From Flavobacteriales bacterium (GTDB taxonomy: Bacteria > Bacteroidota > Bacteroidia > Palsa-965): DNA of 64,000 bases. The notes beneath the pieces are model-generated. The model saw nothing but the letters and a program-made list of their open reading frames with translations. It made no database searches and had not been told where the DNA came from. Below are positions 9,560 to 18,991 of this stretch, piece by piece. The DNA lies in the NCBI GenBank assembly GCA_002737665.1, contig NSIF01000003.1, positions 8,334 through 72,333 of the forward strand, read 5' to 3'. How positions within the stretch are numbered: position 1 is the first letter of the stretch; each line of letters begins with the position of its first letter. A program made the position numbers and the translations under genes.

Positions 9560-9796
9560 TTATTCAGCTAGAACGATAATTTTATTTTTATGAACTTCTG
9601 CAACTCCGCCGTTGATATCAAAATACAATGTTTCTTGTTTTTCATCAATAATTTTAATTTTCCCTTTTTTAAGAGATGAAATCATTGAAGCATGCTTGTT
9701 TAATACGCCGAAAGTACCGGAAGTGCCAGGTAGCAAGACCGATTTAACGTCGCCGCTGAACAATTTTTTATCTGGTGTAATAATTTCTAAAAACAT
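9560..9796 (-). CDS. atpC: F0F1 ATP synthase subunit epsilon (short form)
   Basis: 78 aa. MFLEIITPDKKLFSGDVKSVLLPGTSGTFGVLNKHASMISSLKKGKIKI is the beta-sandwich domain. Lies immediately downstream of atpD. Confidence 0.85.
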   Translation of the reverse strand: MFLEIITPDKKLFSGDVKSVLLPGTSGTFGVLNKHASMISSLKKGKIKIIDEKQETLYFDINGGVAEVHKNKIIVLAE

Positions 9797-9835
9797 AGTC
9801 TTTCATTTCGCCCTTCAAACAGCAGAGGCATTTAT

Positions 9836-11407
<1,572 letters not shown>

Positions 11408-11491
11408 TTATAAAAAAATCTCCACAAAAAGACAATTTAATGGCTTATGAATTGATATTGATAGACTTTGTTTGTATGAATGCTGATTTCT

Positions 11492-11499
11492 TAGATTTG
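11492..11499 (+). promoter_or_regulatory. -7 box TAGATTTG upstream of ribF
   Basis: Exact TAnnTTTG match in the atpD/ribF divergent intergenic region. Confidence 0.4.
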
Positions 11500-11542
11500 A
11501 AATACTTTGTCGGTTACACTTTGTCAATTACCTTTACTAACT

Positions 11543-12469
11543 GTGAAAATTTACAAGCATCTGGAGGATTTTATAAGCGCTAGAAATGCCGTTGTTACAA
11601 CCGGAACCTTTGATGGCGTTCACCTTGGTCACCAGCAACTAATTACACGATTGAAAGAAACAGCCAATCGAACAAACGGAGAGACGGTTTTGCTTTCTTT
11701 TTTTCCTCATCCTAGGATGGTTTTGAATCCCGATAATAAAATTTCATTATTGAACACAGAGGAAGAAAAAATAAGTTTGCTTGAAAAAGCGGGTATTGAT
11801 CATTTGATTGTTCATCCTTTCAATCGTGAATTTTCAATGCTAAGTTCTGAGGAGTTTATTAAATCTATTTTAGTTAGCAAGCTTTGCACAAAAAAATTGA
11901 TAATTGGCTATGATCATCATTTTGGACGTGACCGTTTGGGAAGCTTTAACCATTTAAAGGAGTTTGGTCCGGTTTATGGATTTGACATCGAAGAAATACC
12001 AGCACAAGAAGTGAAAAATATAGGTGTAAGCTCAACAAAAATTAGAACCGCTTTGCAAAGTGGGAATCTTGAAATTGTTGAATCTTTTTTAGGGTATAAA
12101 TATGAATTAACAGGAATAGTAGTGAAGGGAAGGCAATTAGGTCGATCTATTGATTTTCCCACTGCAAACTTGCTCATCAGTGATGCACTTAAAATGATTC
12201 CTGCAGATGGTGTTTATGCTGTTTGGGTAAAGCGACGCGATTCAGTATTAAAAGGAATGCTTAATATAGGTATGCGTCCTACGTTAGACGGAAAAGAACG
12301 TACTTTAGAAGTTAATATTTTAGATTTTGAAGGTGATTTGTACGGAGAAACGCTTACTTTATATTTTGTCAATCGACTTCGCAGTGAAATAAAATTTGAT
12401 GGGTTGGATGCCTTGAAAGTTCAGCTTGGGAAAGATCGTGAAGCAACAAGAAATATACTCTTAGATTAG
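11543..12469 (+). CDS. ribF: bifunctional riboflavin kinase / FAD synthetase
   Basis: The ORF track starts at TTG 11507. GTG 11543 (VKIYKHLEDF) fits the usual RibF N-terminus better, but the start is uncertain. Motifs: TTGTFDGVHLGHQ and ...GRQLGRSIDFPTANL...LNIGMRPT. Confidence 0.9.
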   Translation: MKIYKHLEDFISARNAVVTTGTFDGVHLGHQQLITRLKETANRTNGETVLLSFFPHPRMVLNPDNKISLLNTEEEKISLLEKAGIDHLIVHPFNREFSMLSSEEFIKSILVSKLCTKKLIIGYDHHFGRDRLGSFNHLKEFGPVYGFDIEEIPAQEVKNIGVSSTKIRTALQSGNLEIVESFLGYKYELTGIVVKGRQLGRSIDFPTANLLISDALKMIPADGVYAVWVKRRDSVLKGMLNIGMRPTLDGKERTLEVNILDFEGDLYGETLTLYFVNRLRSEIKFDGLDALKVQLGKDREATRNILLD

Positions 12470-12479
12470 CACATCAACT

Positions 12480-13118
12480 ATGAAAGTGAACTTCACATTT
12501 TTAATTTTTTTACACTTTTTTTTATTGCCATTTGGGTTGCTACAAGCACAGGAGGGAATTCAAAATAAACTTTATCCATTATTTGATTCGCTTACGCTCG
12601 ACACAATGACCGCATACACCGATTTGTTTTCGGCAATGAAAGCACCAGAAAAAGTAGTGAAGCTTGTTTTACGAAAATTGAAATACAAGGAATTTCCAAA
12701 AGAAATATGGAATTTCCCCAATTTACAATACCTCGATTTAAGTAAAAATCAACTAACTGAATTCCCCGATTCCTTGGGCAAATTACAAAGTCTTCAGGTA
12801 CTTCATATTTCTAAAAACCACATTGAGACGCTCCCACGTGAGTTTGGAGATTTGCAGCATCTTGTTATTCTCAATATTAGTCAGAATGATTTGATAATGT
12901 TGCCCCCCCAAATTGGCAAACTAAAAAAATTAAAATACCTTGATCTTTGGGAAAATAGCATTGGAACATTTCCCGATGAGTTGAAAGATATTTCCGGTAA
13001 TTTAAAAATAATTGATTTAAGAGTAATTCTAATCAACAAGGAAGGACAGGAACGTATTCGAAAATTACTTCCTAGCACAAAAATTTATTTCGACCCGCCT
13101 TGTCATTGTAATCAATAA
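12480..13118 (+). CDS. secreted leucine-rich-repeat protein
   Basis: 212 aa. Signal peptide ...LLQAQ. About six LxxLxLxxNxL repeats (LQYLDLSKNQLTEFP, LQVLHISKNHIETLP, LVILNISQNDLIMLP, LKYLDLWENSIGTFP). Confidence 0.75.
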   Translation: MKVNFTFLIFLHFFLLPFGLLQAQEGIQNKLYPLFDSLTLDTMTAYTDLFSAMKAPEKVVKLVLRKLKYKEFPKEIWNFPNLQYLDLSKNQLTEFPDSLGKLQSLQVLHISKNHIETLPREFGDLQHLVILNISQNDLIMLPPQIGKLKKLKYLDLWENSIGTFPDELKDISGNLKIIDLRVILINKEGQERIRKLLPSTKIYFDPPCHCNQ

Positions 13119-13153
13119 TTTTTTTCTAAACTACCATTGATTTGAATTTTAAA

Positions 13154-15550
13154 TTATTGAAATTTCAAATTAATCATTCCTAAAAAGTTAATTCCTGCCT
13201 GCGGAAAATAATAATTGTAGCGTTGTTCTCCGCCGTAGATAAATCCATAAGAGTACCCGTTAGAGGAATATTCGGTGTTGAATAAATTATTGGCAAGAAC
13301 TGAAAAAGTTATCTCTTTGAAATATTTTGGTTTGAAAGAATAACTTAGTCGCAAACTTGAAACCGCATAAGCATCAATTGCTCTCAGCTCACTGTATGTG
13401 TTATCGAGGAATTGTTTGCCAACATATTTTTCTGTTAACGTCGCGCTGAATCCTTTGTTCCATTTATAAGTAAGCGAGCCAGCTGAAATGATTGATGGAG
13501 AAAATGCGATGTCTGTATTAGCGTAAATATTGACTACTTGTCCGCCATTATCATAATCATCTAAATACTCGAGATAATTTTTGATTTTATTTTGACTGTA
13601 AGTTGCGTTTGCGGAAAAGGAAAGCGATTTACAGATTTTATATCCCACTTCCAATTCAACTCCCGCGCGATAACTTTCCGGAACATTGACGCGTGTATAA
13701 GCTCCTACATCGTTCACTTTTCCTGTTAATACCAATTGATTTACATAATTCATGTAATACAAATTCGTAGCAGCCGAAAATTTATTACTTGCAAATTTCC
13801 AGCCCAATTCATTGTCATAAAGAGTTTCCGCTAACGGTCGGCTAGCACTTGTTGAATTCTTGTAATCATTGCGGTTTGGTTCTTTTTGCGCTGTGCTGAA
13901 GGAATAGTAAAACAAATGTTTTTCATTCAGGCGAAATGTAGCTCCGGCTTTAGGATTGAAAAAATTCAGTTTAGCATTCGCAAGAATTTCAGTTCCGGTA
14001 GTGTCTAAACCTGAAAAGCCGTAATTCACCGTTCGGAATTGTAAATCAACAAACATATTTAATTTTTTTGTTGCCTGATAATTCATTCGTGCAAAAATGT
14101 TTGCATCGAGTTTGTGCGCATAATTATAGTCATAACGATAAACGCTAGCAGTTCCAATTGGTAAATATTGCGCCCATATAATTTCATTGTAATGTTGGCC
14201 TTCATAATTATTTGTTGCACCACCGATAATTAATTGCGTTTTTTTATGACTATCATAATGTGCACCATAAGTAATTCCATAAAACCAATTATCCAACCAC
14301 AAACGTCTGACTAAATCGGTTGAGGTGCTTCCGGTATCCAATCCATAATTAGAAAGTAAATCTCCCTGGCGATATTCTTCGTAGTAACCTTTCCCTTTTG
14401 TAGCGTGAAGTGCGGCGTTGAAATTCCAATTATCATTTCCGCGTATTAAAAAATGTAATTGATAATAATCCTGTTGGTAATTGTCTGTTTGATTATCGTA
14501 ATAATTAATTTCTCCATTCGATTCATAAAATAAGCCTGCAGCATTAGCAGTTCGGTTTCCGACCTTCATAGAATCTTCTGAAACACCATACCAACATTGG
14601 TATGTTTTTTCTATTCCTGAAAACGCGATTGCTTTAACAGAAACATTTTTTCCGTACCATCCACCCGATAAATACCAGGAACGCAAATCAGATGAACCAC
14701 GATCAATAAATCCGTCAGAATTAATTCGTGCTAGTCGTGCATCAAATGCCCATCCGCTTTCCATTAATCCAGTTCCTGCTTTCATAGTTGTACGAAAAGT
14801 ATTGAACGATCCGCCTGAACTCAGAATTTCTCCATATGGTTTTTCCTGCACGCCATCCGTTTGCAAATTAATTGATCCGCCGAATGCTCCCGCGCCATTT
14901 GTTGAAGTTCCCGCGCCGCGTTGTATTTGTATATTATCAATTGAAGAAACAACATCCGGAAGATCCACCCAATAAGTTGATTGTGATTCCGCGTCGTTTA
15001 CGGGAATTCCATTGATGGTCACATTCACTCTCGTATTATCTGATCCGCGAATGCGAATTCCTGTATATCCGATTCCTGTTCCCGCATCTGAACTGGTTAC
15101 AACAGAAGGAGTCAGTTCTAATAAATACGGAAGATCCTGTCCGAAATTAATTGTAGCTAACTCTTTTTTTGAAAGAGTCGTGTAAGCAGTTGCTGAATTT
15201 GCGTTGGCACGCGTTCCAAAAACAACAGCTTCCTCTAAAAGATTTTTTGCCCGTTTCATTTTTGCATCAACAGTTTTGGAAACTGTCAGATCTGCGCAAA
15301 CGGTATCATTTAAATATCCCAGATAAGTGAAAATGAAACAACAATTATTTTGTTGAATGCCGTGTAAGGAATATACACCATCCATGTCAGACATCGTCTG
15401 CTTAAACGTGCCATCAATGTGAATACTTGTAAATGGAATTTCTTTACCTGTTTCTTCATCTGTAATTTTTCCACTTACGTCATTTTGTGCAACAAGCATT
15501 GCAGGCAAAACCAAAAAGGCAGCCAACAGTTTTAAAACATTTTTTTTCAT
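13154..15550 (-). CDS. TonB-dependent receptor (thiamine-regulated; likely thiamine or precursor uptake)
   Basis: The ORF track starts at TTG 15562. ATG 15550 gives MKKNVLKLLAAFLVLPAMLVAQ. Carboxypeptidase-regulatory-like domain (VSGKITDEETGKEIPFTSIHI...DGVYSL), plug (GIRIRGSDNTRVNVTINGIPVND...IQIQRGAGTSTNGAGAFGGSINLQT), and barrel ending ...NLKFQ. A TPP riboswitch sits in the 5' leader. Confidence 0.85.
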   Translation of the reverse strand: MKKNVLKLLAAFLVLPAMLVAQNDVSGKITDEETGKEIPFTSIHIDGTFKQTMSDMDGVYSLHGIQQNNCCFIFTYLGYLNDTVCADLTVSKTVDAKMKRAKNLLEEAVVFGTRANANSATAYTTLSKKELATINFGQDLPYLLELTPSVVTSSDAGTGIGYTGIRIRGSDNTRVNVTINGIPVNDAESQSTYWVDLPDVVSSIDNIQIQRGAGTSTNGAGAFGGSINLQTDGVQEKPYGEILSSGGSFNTFRTTMKAGTGLMESGWAFDARLARINSDGFIDRGSSDLRSWYLSGGWYGKNVSVKAIAFSGIEKTYQCWYGVSEDSMKVGNRTANAAGLFYESNGEINYYDNQTDNYQQDYYQLHFLIRGNDNWNFNAALHATKGKGYYEEYRQGDLLSNYGLDTGSTSTDLVRRLWLDNWFYGITYGAHYDSHKKTQLIIGGATNNYEGQHYNEIIWAQYLPIGTASVYRYDYNYAHKLDANIFARMNYQATKKLNMFVDLQFRTVNYGFSGLDTTGTEILANAKLNFFNPKAGATFRLNEKHLFYYSFSTAQKEPNRNDYKNSTSASRPLAETLYDNELGWKFASNKFSAATNLYYMNYVNQLVLTGKVNDVGAYTRVNVPESYRAGVELEVGYKICKSLSFSANATYSQNKIKNYLEYLDDYDNGGQVVNIYANTDIAFSPSIISAGSLTYKWNKGFSATLTEKYVGKQFLDNTYSELRAIDAYAVSSLRLSYSFKPKYFKEITFSVLANNLFNTEYSSNGYSYGFIYGGEQRYNYYFPQAGINFLGMINLKFQ

Positions 15551-15565
15551 TTTTATTTCCAATGC

Positions 15566-15715
15566 GATTCATGATGCTGAGGTATTCCTCTTTTATCATG
15601 AATCCGTTTCCCTACGCAAGAATTACCTTGATCAGGTGCGCGGTTAACAGCAATTTAAATGCTGCTTCCGCTGGGTATTTTCTCAGTCCCGACAAAATCG
15701 GAACACCCCTTTAGA
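15566..15715 (-). promoter_or_regulatory. TPP (THI-box) riboswitch with downstream hairpin
   Basis: The minus strand reads ...AAAGGGGUGUUCCGAUUUUGUCGGGACUGAGAAAAUACCCAGCGG...CGCGCACCUGAUCAAGGUAAUUCUUGCGUAGGGAAACG. All THI-box core blocks are present and in order: GGGGUG (15704-15709), CUGAGA (15681-15686), ACCUGAUC (15630-15637) and GCGUAGGGAA (15608-15617). This is followed by a 10-bp stem GAUUCAUGAU/AUCAUGAAUC (15566-15604) containing an inner GAGG/CCUC stem. Confidence 0.85.
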
Positions 15716-15722
15716 ACTGCGA

Positions 15723-15730
15723 CAAAATTA
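15723..15730 (-). promoter_or_regulatory. -7 box TAATTTTG driving the TPP riboswitch / receptor transcript
   Basis: The plus strand reads caaaatta. It sits in the 43-nt gap between the kinase stop (15759) and the aptamer, about 14 nt upstream of the GGGGUG block. Confidence 0.5.
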
Positions 15731-15758
15731 CTGATTTTTTTGGTTTTCTAACATCTGG

Positions 15759-16301
15759 TTATACTATTTTCTTAAAATATTTTCGAATCGCATTTATTCC
15801 ATTTGTCAATCTATCTTCTTCGTTCCCAGTTATAATTTCATAATTCAATTTATTAAGTTCTAATAAATTTTTATACTGTGTAAAAAAATAATCTCGACGT
15901 TCAGGGTTTACTCTAACAGGATCAGCTATCCATGGAAGGTTGTTGTCGGTCAATAAATATAAATCGTAACGATGCTCAGAAATTTGATTGTTAATCCAAG
16001 TAGGACAAAAACCAAAAACATCTTCGGACCAGACTTTAGCTATAATAAACTCCGTATCGATAAAAATAAATTCAGTTGCTTTGCTGCAGGATTCCTCTTC
16101 TTTTTGTAATTGTTTTTTTGCAATTTCAATTATTGTATTTGCAGAATAATTTGTTTTGTTTTGTTGCATGTAATTCCTTGCATATTCCTCCACCCAAACT
16201 GTGTTGAAATGTGAAGCAAGCAAACGTGCTAGCGTTGTTTTACCAGTACTCTCTGCACCAAGTATTGCTACGCGACGAATTTGTTGAGATTTTTTTTCCA
16301 T
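15759..16301 (-). CDS. NadR-C-terminal-like P-loop kinase (ribosylnicotinamide-kinase-like ATPase)
   Basis: The ORF track extends to 16421 inside pnuC. ATG 16301 gives MEKKSQQIRRVAILGAESTGKTTLARLLASHFNTVWVEEYAR, the usual N-terminus and Walker A of this family. Overlaps the pnuC stop by 34 nt. Confidence 0.6.
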   Translation of the reverse strand: MEKKSQQIRRVAILGAESTGKTTLARLLASHFNTVWVEEYARNYMQQNKTNYSANTIIEIAKKQLQKEEESCSKATEFIFIDTEFIIAKVWSEDVFGFCPTWINNQISEHRYDLYLLTDNNLPWIADPVRVNPERRDYFFTQYKNLLELNKLNYEIITGNEEDRLTNGINAIRKYFKKIV

Positions 16302-16876
16302 TTTAAATATCCGTAAATAGCAATCAAGGTATAGATCATAAATAGTATTGCGGTTGCTGGAAGCGCTCGAAGTAAATAAATAGTTACATAACCCAGGTTG
16401 ATGAACACCCAGAAAATCCAATTTTCAAGTATTTTTTGTGAGGTAAGAAATGTTGCTACCAAACTAAAAGACGCTAAGGCACCATCAAAGTAGGGGAGTG
16501 GGGAATCGGAGTATTGCTTGCATAGTGTTCCTAAAATAAAAGTAGCTGTGCAACCTATTCCCACTGCCATTATGAATTGTTTGAAATTTAGTTTAGTTAA
16601 AATTACAATTCCATTTTCTTTTTTCTTCCAAGAATACCAACCGTAAAATCCAATTAGTACGTAATATAAACACAGCCATGCCTCGAGGTAAAGTTTTGCA
16701 TCGAAATTAATTTTTATGTAAATTATGGAACTTACTATTCCGAATATCCAGCACCAATAATTTTCTCTTGTGGCAAGTACAACGTAAAAAATGGCAGTTG
16801 CAATGGCAACACCTTCACGAATGGATGTGTGCTGCAGGGAATTGGTAATTTCATCTAATAAATCACCTATACTCAT
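16268..16876 (-). CDS. pnuC: PnuC-family transporter (nicotinamide riboside or thiamine type)
   Basis: 202 aa, about 7 TM helices. PnuC-like blocks ENYWCWIFGIVSSIIY and LIGFYGWYSWKK. Paired with a NadR-like kinase. Confidence 0.7.
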   Translation of the reverse strand: MSIGDLLDEITNSLQHTSIREGVAIATAIFYVVLATRENYWCWIFGIVSSIIYIKINFDAKLYLEAWLCLYYVLIGFYGWYSWKKKENGIVILTKLNFKQFIMAVGIGCTATFILGTLCKQYSDSPLPYFDGALASFSLVATFLTSQKILENWIFWVFINLGYVTIYLLRALPATAILFMIYTLIAIYGYLKWKKNLNKFVA

Positions 16877-17502
16877 TTAATAATTGATGAAAAGCAACTG
16901 TTTTTTTCTAAAATCTGCTGGAGTGTTGTTAATGGATTTTCTGTTTTCCAAACGCCACTATAAAATACCATTCCTGAAAATCCGAGTTCATGACAGATTT
17001 GCATATTTTCAAGAGAAGTGCCACCTCTTGCTATGATGGGTACATTTGCTTTTCCCAAAGCTGCTGTTAGGGAAAGTTTGTTATACCCAGCATAAAAATT
17101 TCCACTTGTTATGTCGAAAATTGTTCCAAGTAGTGCATATTTATAGCTTACTTGATTTTTGTAAATACCAGCAAGATTTCGAAAGGAAGTACTAATTGTT
17201 AGATGTGGTCTTCTTATTTTTAGAAGCCGCAGGCGTATGGAAGTGTAGAATTTGCGCTTGAGATGTTTACGTGTTAAATGAATTCCTTTTAAATTAAATT
17301 TTTTCGTAAGGTTATGGTGACTATGAATAACAATACGATTGTGAAAATGAGCAGGAATTTTTTCTAGGTATTCCGCCATTTCCTTGGTTGACATAAATGG
17401 TTTTCTTAAATGAAAAAGTTCAAGTCCATTTTCAAAAAATGCAGTTACCACTTGGGCTTCATTAGCAATTGTTTTCGATGGAGAAATTACAATTATTTTC
17501 AT
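16873..17502 (-). CDS. thiamine-phosphate-synthase-like (ThiE/TenI fold) protein
   Basis: 209 aa. TIM-barrel phosphate-binding pattern: LFHLRKP, LKGIHLT, and PIIARGGTSLENMQICHELGFSGMVFYSGVW. Several canonical ThiE positions look diverged. Confidence 0.5.
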   Translation of the reverse strand: MKIIVISPSKTIANEAQVVTAFFENGLELFHLRKPFMSTKEMAEYLEKIPAHFHNRIVIHSHHNLTKKFNLKGIHLTRKHLKRKFYTSIRLRLLKIRRPHLTISTSFRNLAGIYKNQVSYKYALLGTIFDITSGNFYAGYNKLSLTAALGKANVPIIARGGTSLENMQICHELGFSGMVFYSGVWKTENPLTTLQQILEKNSCFSSIIK

Positions 17503-18240
17503 TTAATTGATTGCATTTATGGTCATTGAAAATTCTTGAAGCATATTTGGATGATGTTCTAAAATATTTCCAACAACAATTACATCCGCTCCTGCATTAC
17601 ATCGTTCTATTACCTCTTCTGTTGTTTTAATTCCACCTCCTACAAAAATAGGGATAGTAATTGTATTTTGTACAGCTTCGATTACTGCAATGGGTACTGT
17701 TAATTGCGCCCCACTTCCAGCCTCGAGATAGATTACTTTTAATCCTAATTGTTCACCTGCTAAAGCAGTCATTGCGGCAATCATACTGTTGGTTCTTGGA
17801 ATGGGTTGCGTATTGCTGATGTAACTCACAGCTGTTGCTTGTCCACTTTCAATTAATATATATCCTGTTGAAATAATTTCTAAACCACTTGCTTGTACTA
17901 ATCCCGCTGCTGCAACTTGCTTTCCAATGAGTAGGTCAGCATTTCTACCAGAAATTACAGAAAGTAATAAGAGCGCATCTGCATTTGAATTTACTTGCAT
18001 TTCGTTTCCAGGAAAAATAACGATGGGTACATTTGTTGCATTTCGTATAAGGTCAATGCATTTTTCAATCGTATTTTTAGCTAATAGACTTCCTCCAATA
18101 AAAAAAAAATGAGGTGGGGTAAGTTTAGCTGTTGCTAATAACTCAGCTAGTTTTTCGATTTTGTCGGGGTCAATTAACACGGCAAGACTTTTTTTTCCTT
18201 GCGTTTTTCGTTGAAGAATTAAATCATATATAGATTTCAT
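17503..18240 (-). CDS. geranylgeranylglyceryl phosphate synthase family protein (PcrB/GGGPS)
   Basis: The ORF track extends to 18273. ATG 18240 (MKSIYDLIL) overlaps the PPTase stop as ATGA. Motifs: AVLIDPDK, FFFIGGS, VIFPGN, LLLSVISGRN, IYLEAGSGA, and PIFVGGGIKT...GADVIVVGN. Confidence 0.75.
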   Translation of the reverse strand: MKSIYDLILQRKTQGKKSLAVLIDPDKIEKLAELLATAKLTPPHFFFIGGSLLAKNTIEKCIDLIRNATNVPIVIFPGNEMQVNSNADALLLLSVISGRNADLLIGKQVAAAGLVQASGLEIISTGYILIESGQATAVSYISNTQPIPRTNSMIAAMTALAGEQLGLKVIYLEAGSGAQLTVPIAVIEAVQNTITIPIFVGGGIKTTEEVIERCNAGADVIVVGNILEHHPNMLQEFSMTINAIN

Positions 18241-18872
18241 CACGATGGTTGTTCTGTCCATGCAAGGATACAATCTTTAAACCGCTCGTAGTGCACCATT
18301 CGACTTATTTTTTCCCCCTCATGTATTAATGTTGCTTTTACTTTACCCTTTTCTGTATTGCTAATTATTTCAACAAATATATCTGTTTTGAAGGAAATGT
18401 TTTTGAAGCCGTAAATTTTGTACATGGCTTCTTTTACAGCCCAATATGCATGCAAACGCTCTACTATAGGATCTTTTTTACATTCAAGAAGTTCAACTTC
18501 GGACAGATATTTATGTGCTATTCTTTCAATTCTTGGATGGATGGATTCTATGTCTATACCGCAGCAATCCTTATCAATAAGTATGGCAATTAATTTGCCT
18601 GTATGAGATATGGACAAATTAATATTTTCTAAATCAGTTATTGGTTTGCCATTTTGATCATACTTAATTTTTGCATCGGGAACTAAGGTCTGGAATAATA
18701 ACCTAGTTGCTAGAAATTGTAGACGTCGAAAGGAATGTGTGAATGAACTTATAGTAGCTTGTTCTTCTTTGTTAGGAACATAAAATTTCTGAAGTTCAAT
18801 TTCAGTTTCAGTAACTTCCCAGATACCAAGTGTGGCTGAAAAACCTAATTTTTTTATATGAATCAATGGCAT
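18240..18872 (-). CDS. 4'-phosphopantetheinyl transferase (Sfp type)
   Basis: The ORF track starts at TTG 18890. ATG 18872 gives MPLIHIKK. Motifs: CGIDIESI and HAYWAVKEAMYKIYG. Confidence 0.8.
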   Translation of the reverse strand: MPLIHIKKLGFSATLGIWEVTETEIELQKFYVPNKEEQATISSFTHSFRRLQFLATRLLFQTLVPDAKIKYDQNGKPITDLENINLSISHTGKLIAILIDKDCCGIDIESIHPRIERIAHKYLSEVELLECKKDPIVERLHAYWAVKEAMYKIYGFKNISFKTDIFVEIISNTEKGKVKATLIHEGEKISRMVHYERFKDCILAWTEQPS

Positions 18873-18887
18873 TTCTTCGATTTGTTG

Positions 18888-18895
18888 CAAAAATA
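18888..18895 (-). promoter_or_regulatory. -7 box TATTTTTG upstream of the PPTase-GGGPS-thiE-like-pnuC-kinase operon
   Basis: The plus strand reads caaaaata. It lies 15 nt upstream of ATG 18872. Confidence 0.4.
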
Positions 18896-18961
18896 CACGC
18901 TAAATTCATAAAGAATCTTATTTTTATTTGATTGTAATGGGCTTGCCTCGTCTCTTTTTAT

Positions 18962-18969
18962 TAATTTTG
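18962..18969 (+). promoter_or_regulatory. -7 box TAATTTTG upstream of ahcY
   Basis: Exact TAnnTTTG match, 22 nt upstream of ATG 18992. Confidence 0.45.
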
Positions 18970-18991
18970 CAGTCCATTAAAAATTGTAACA

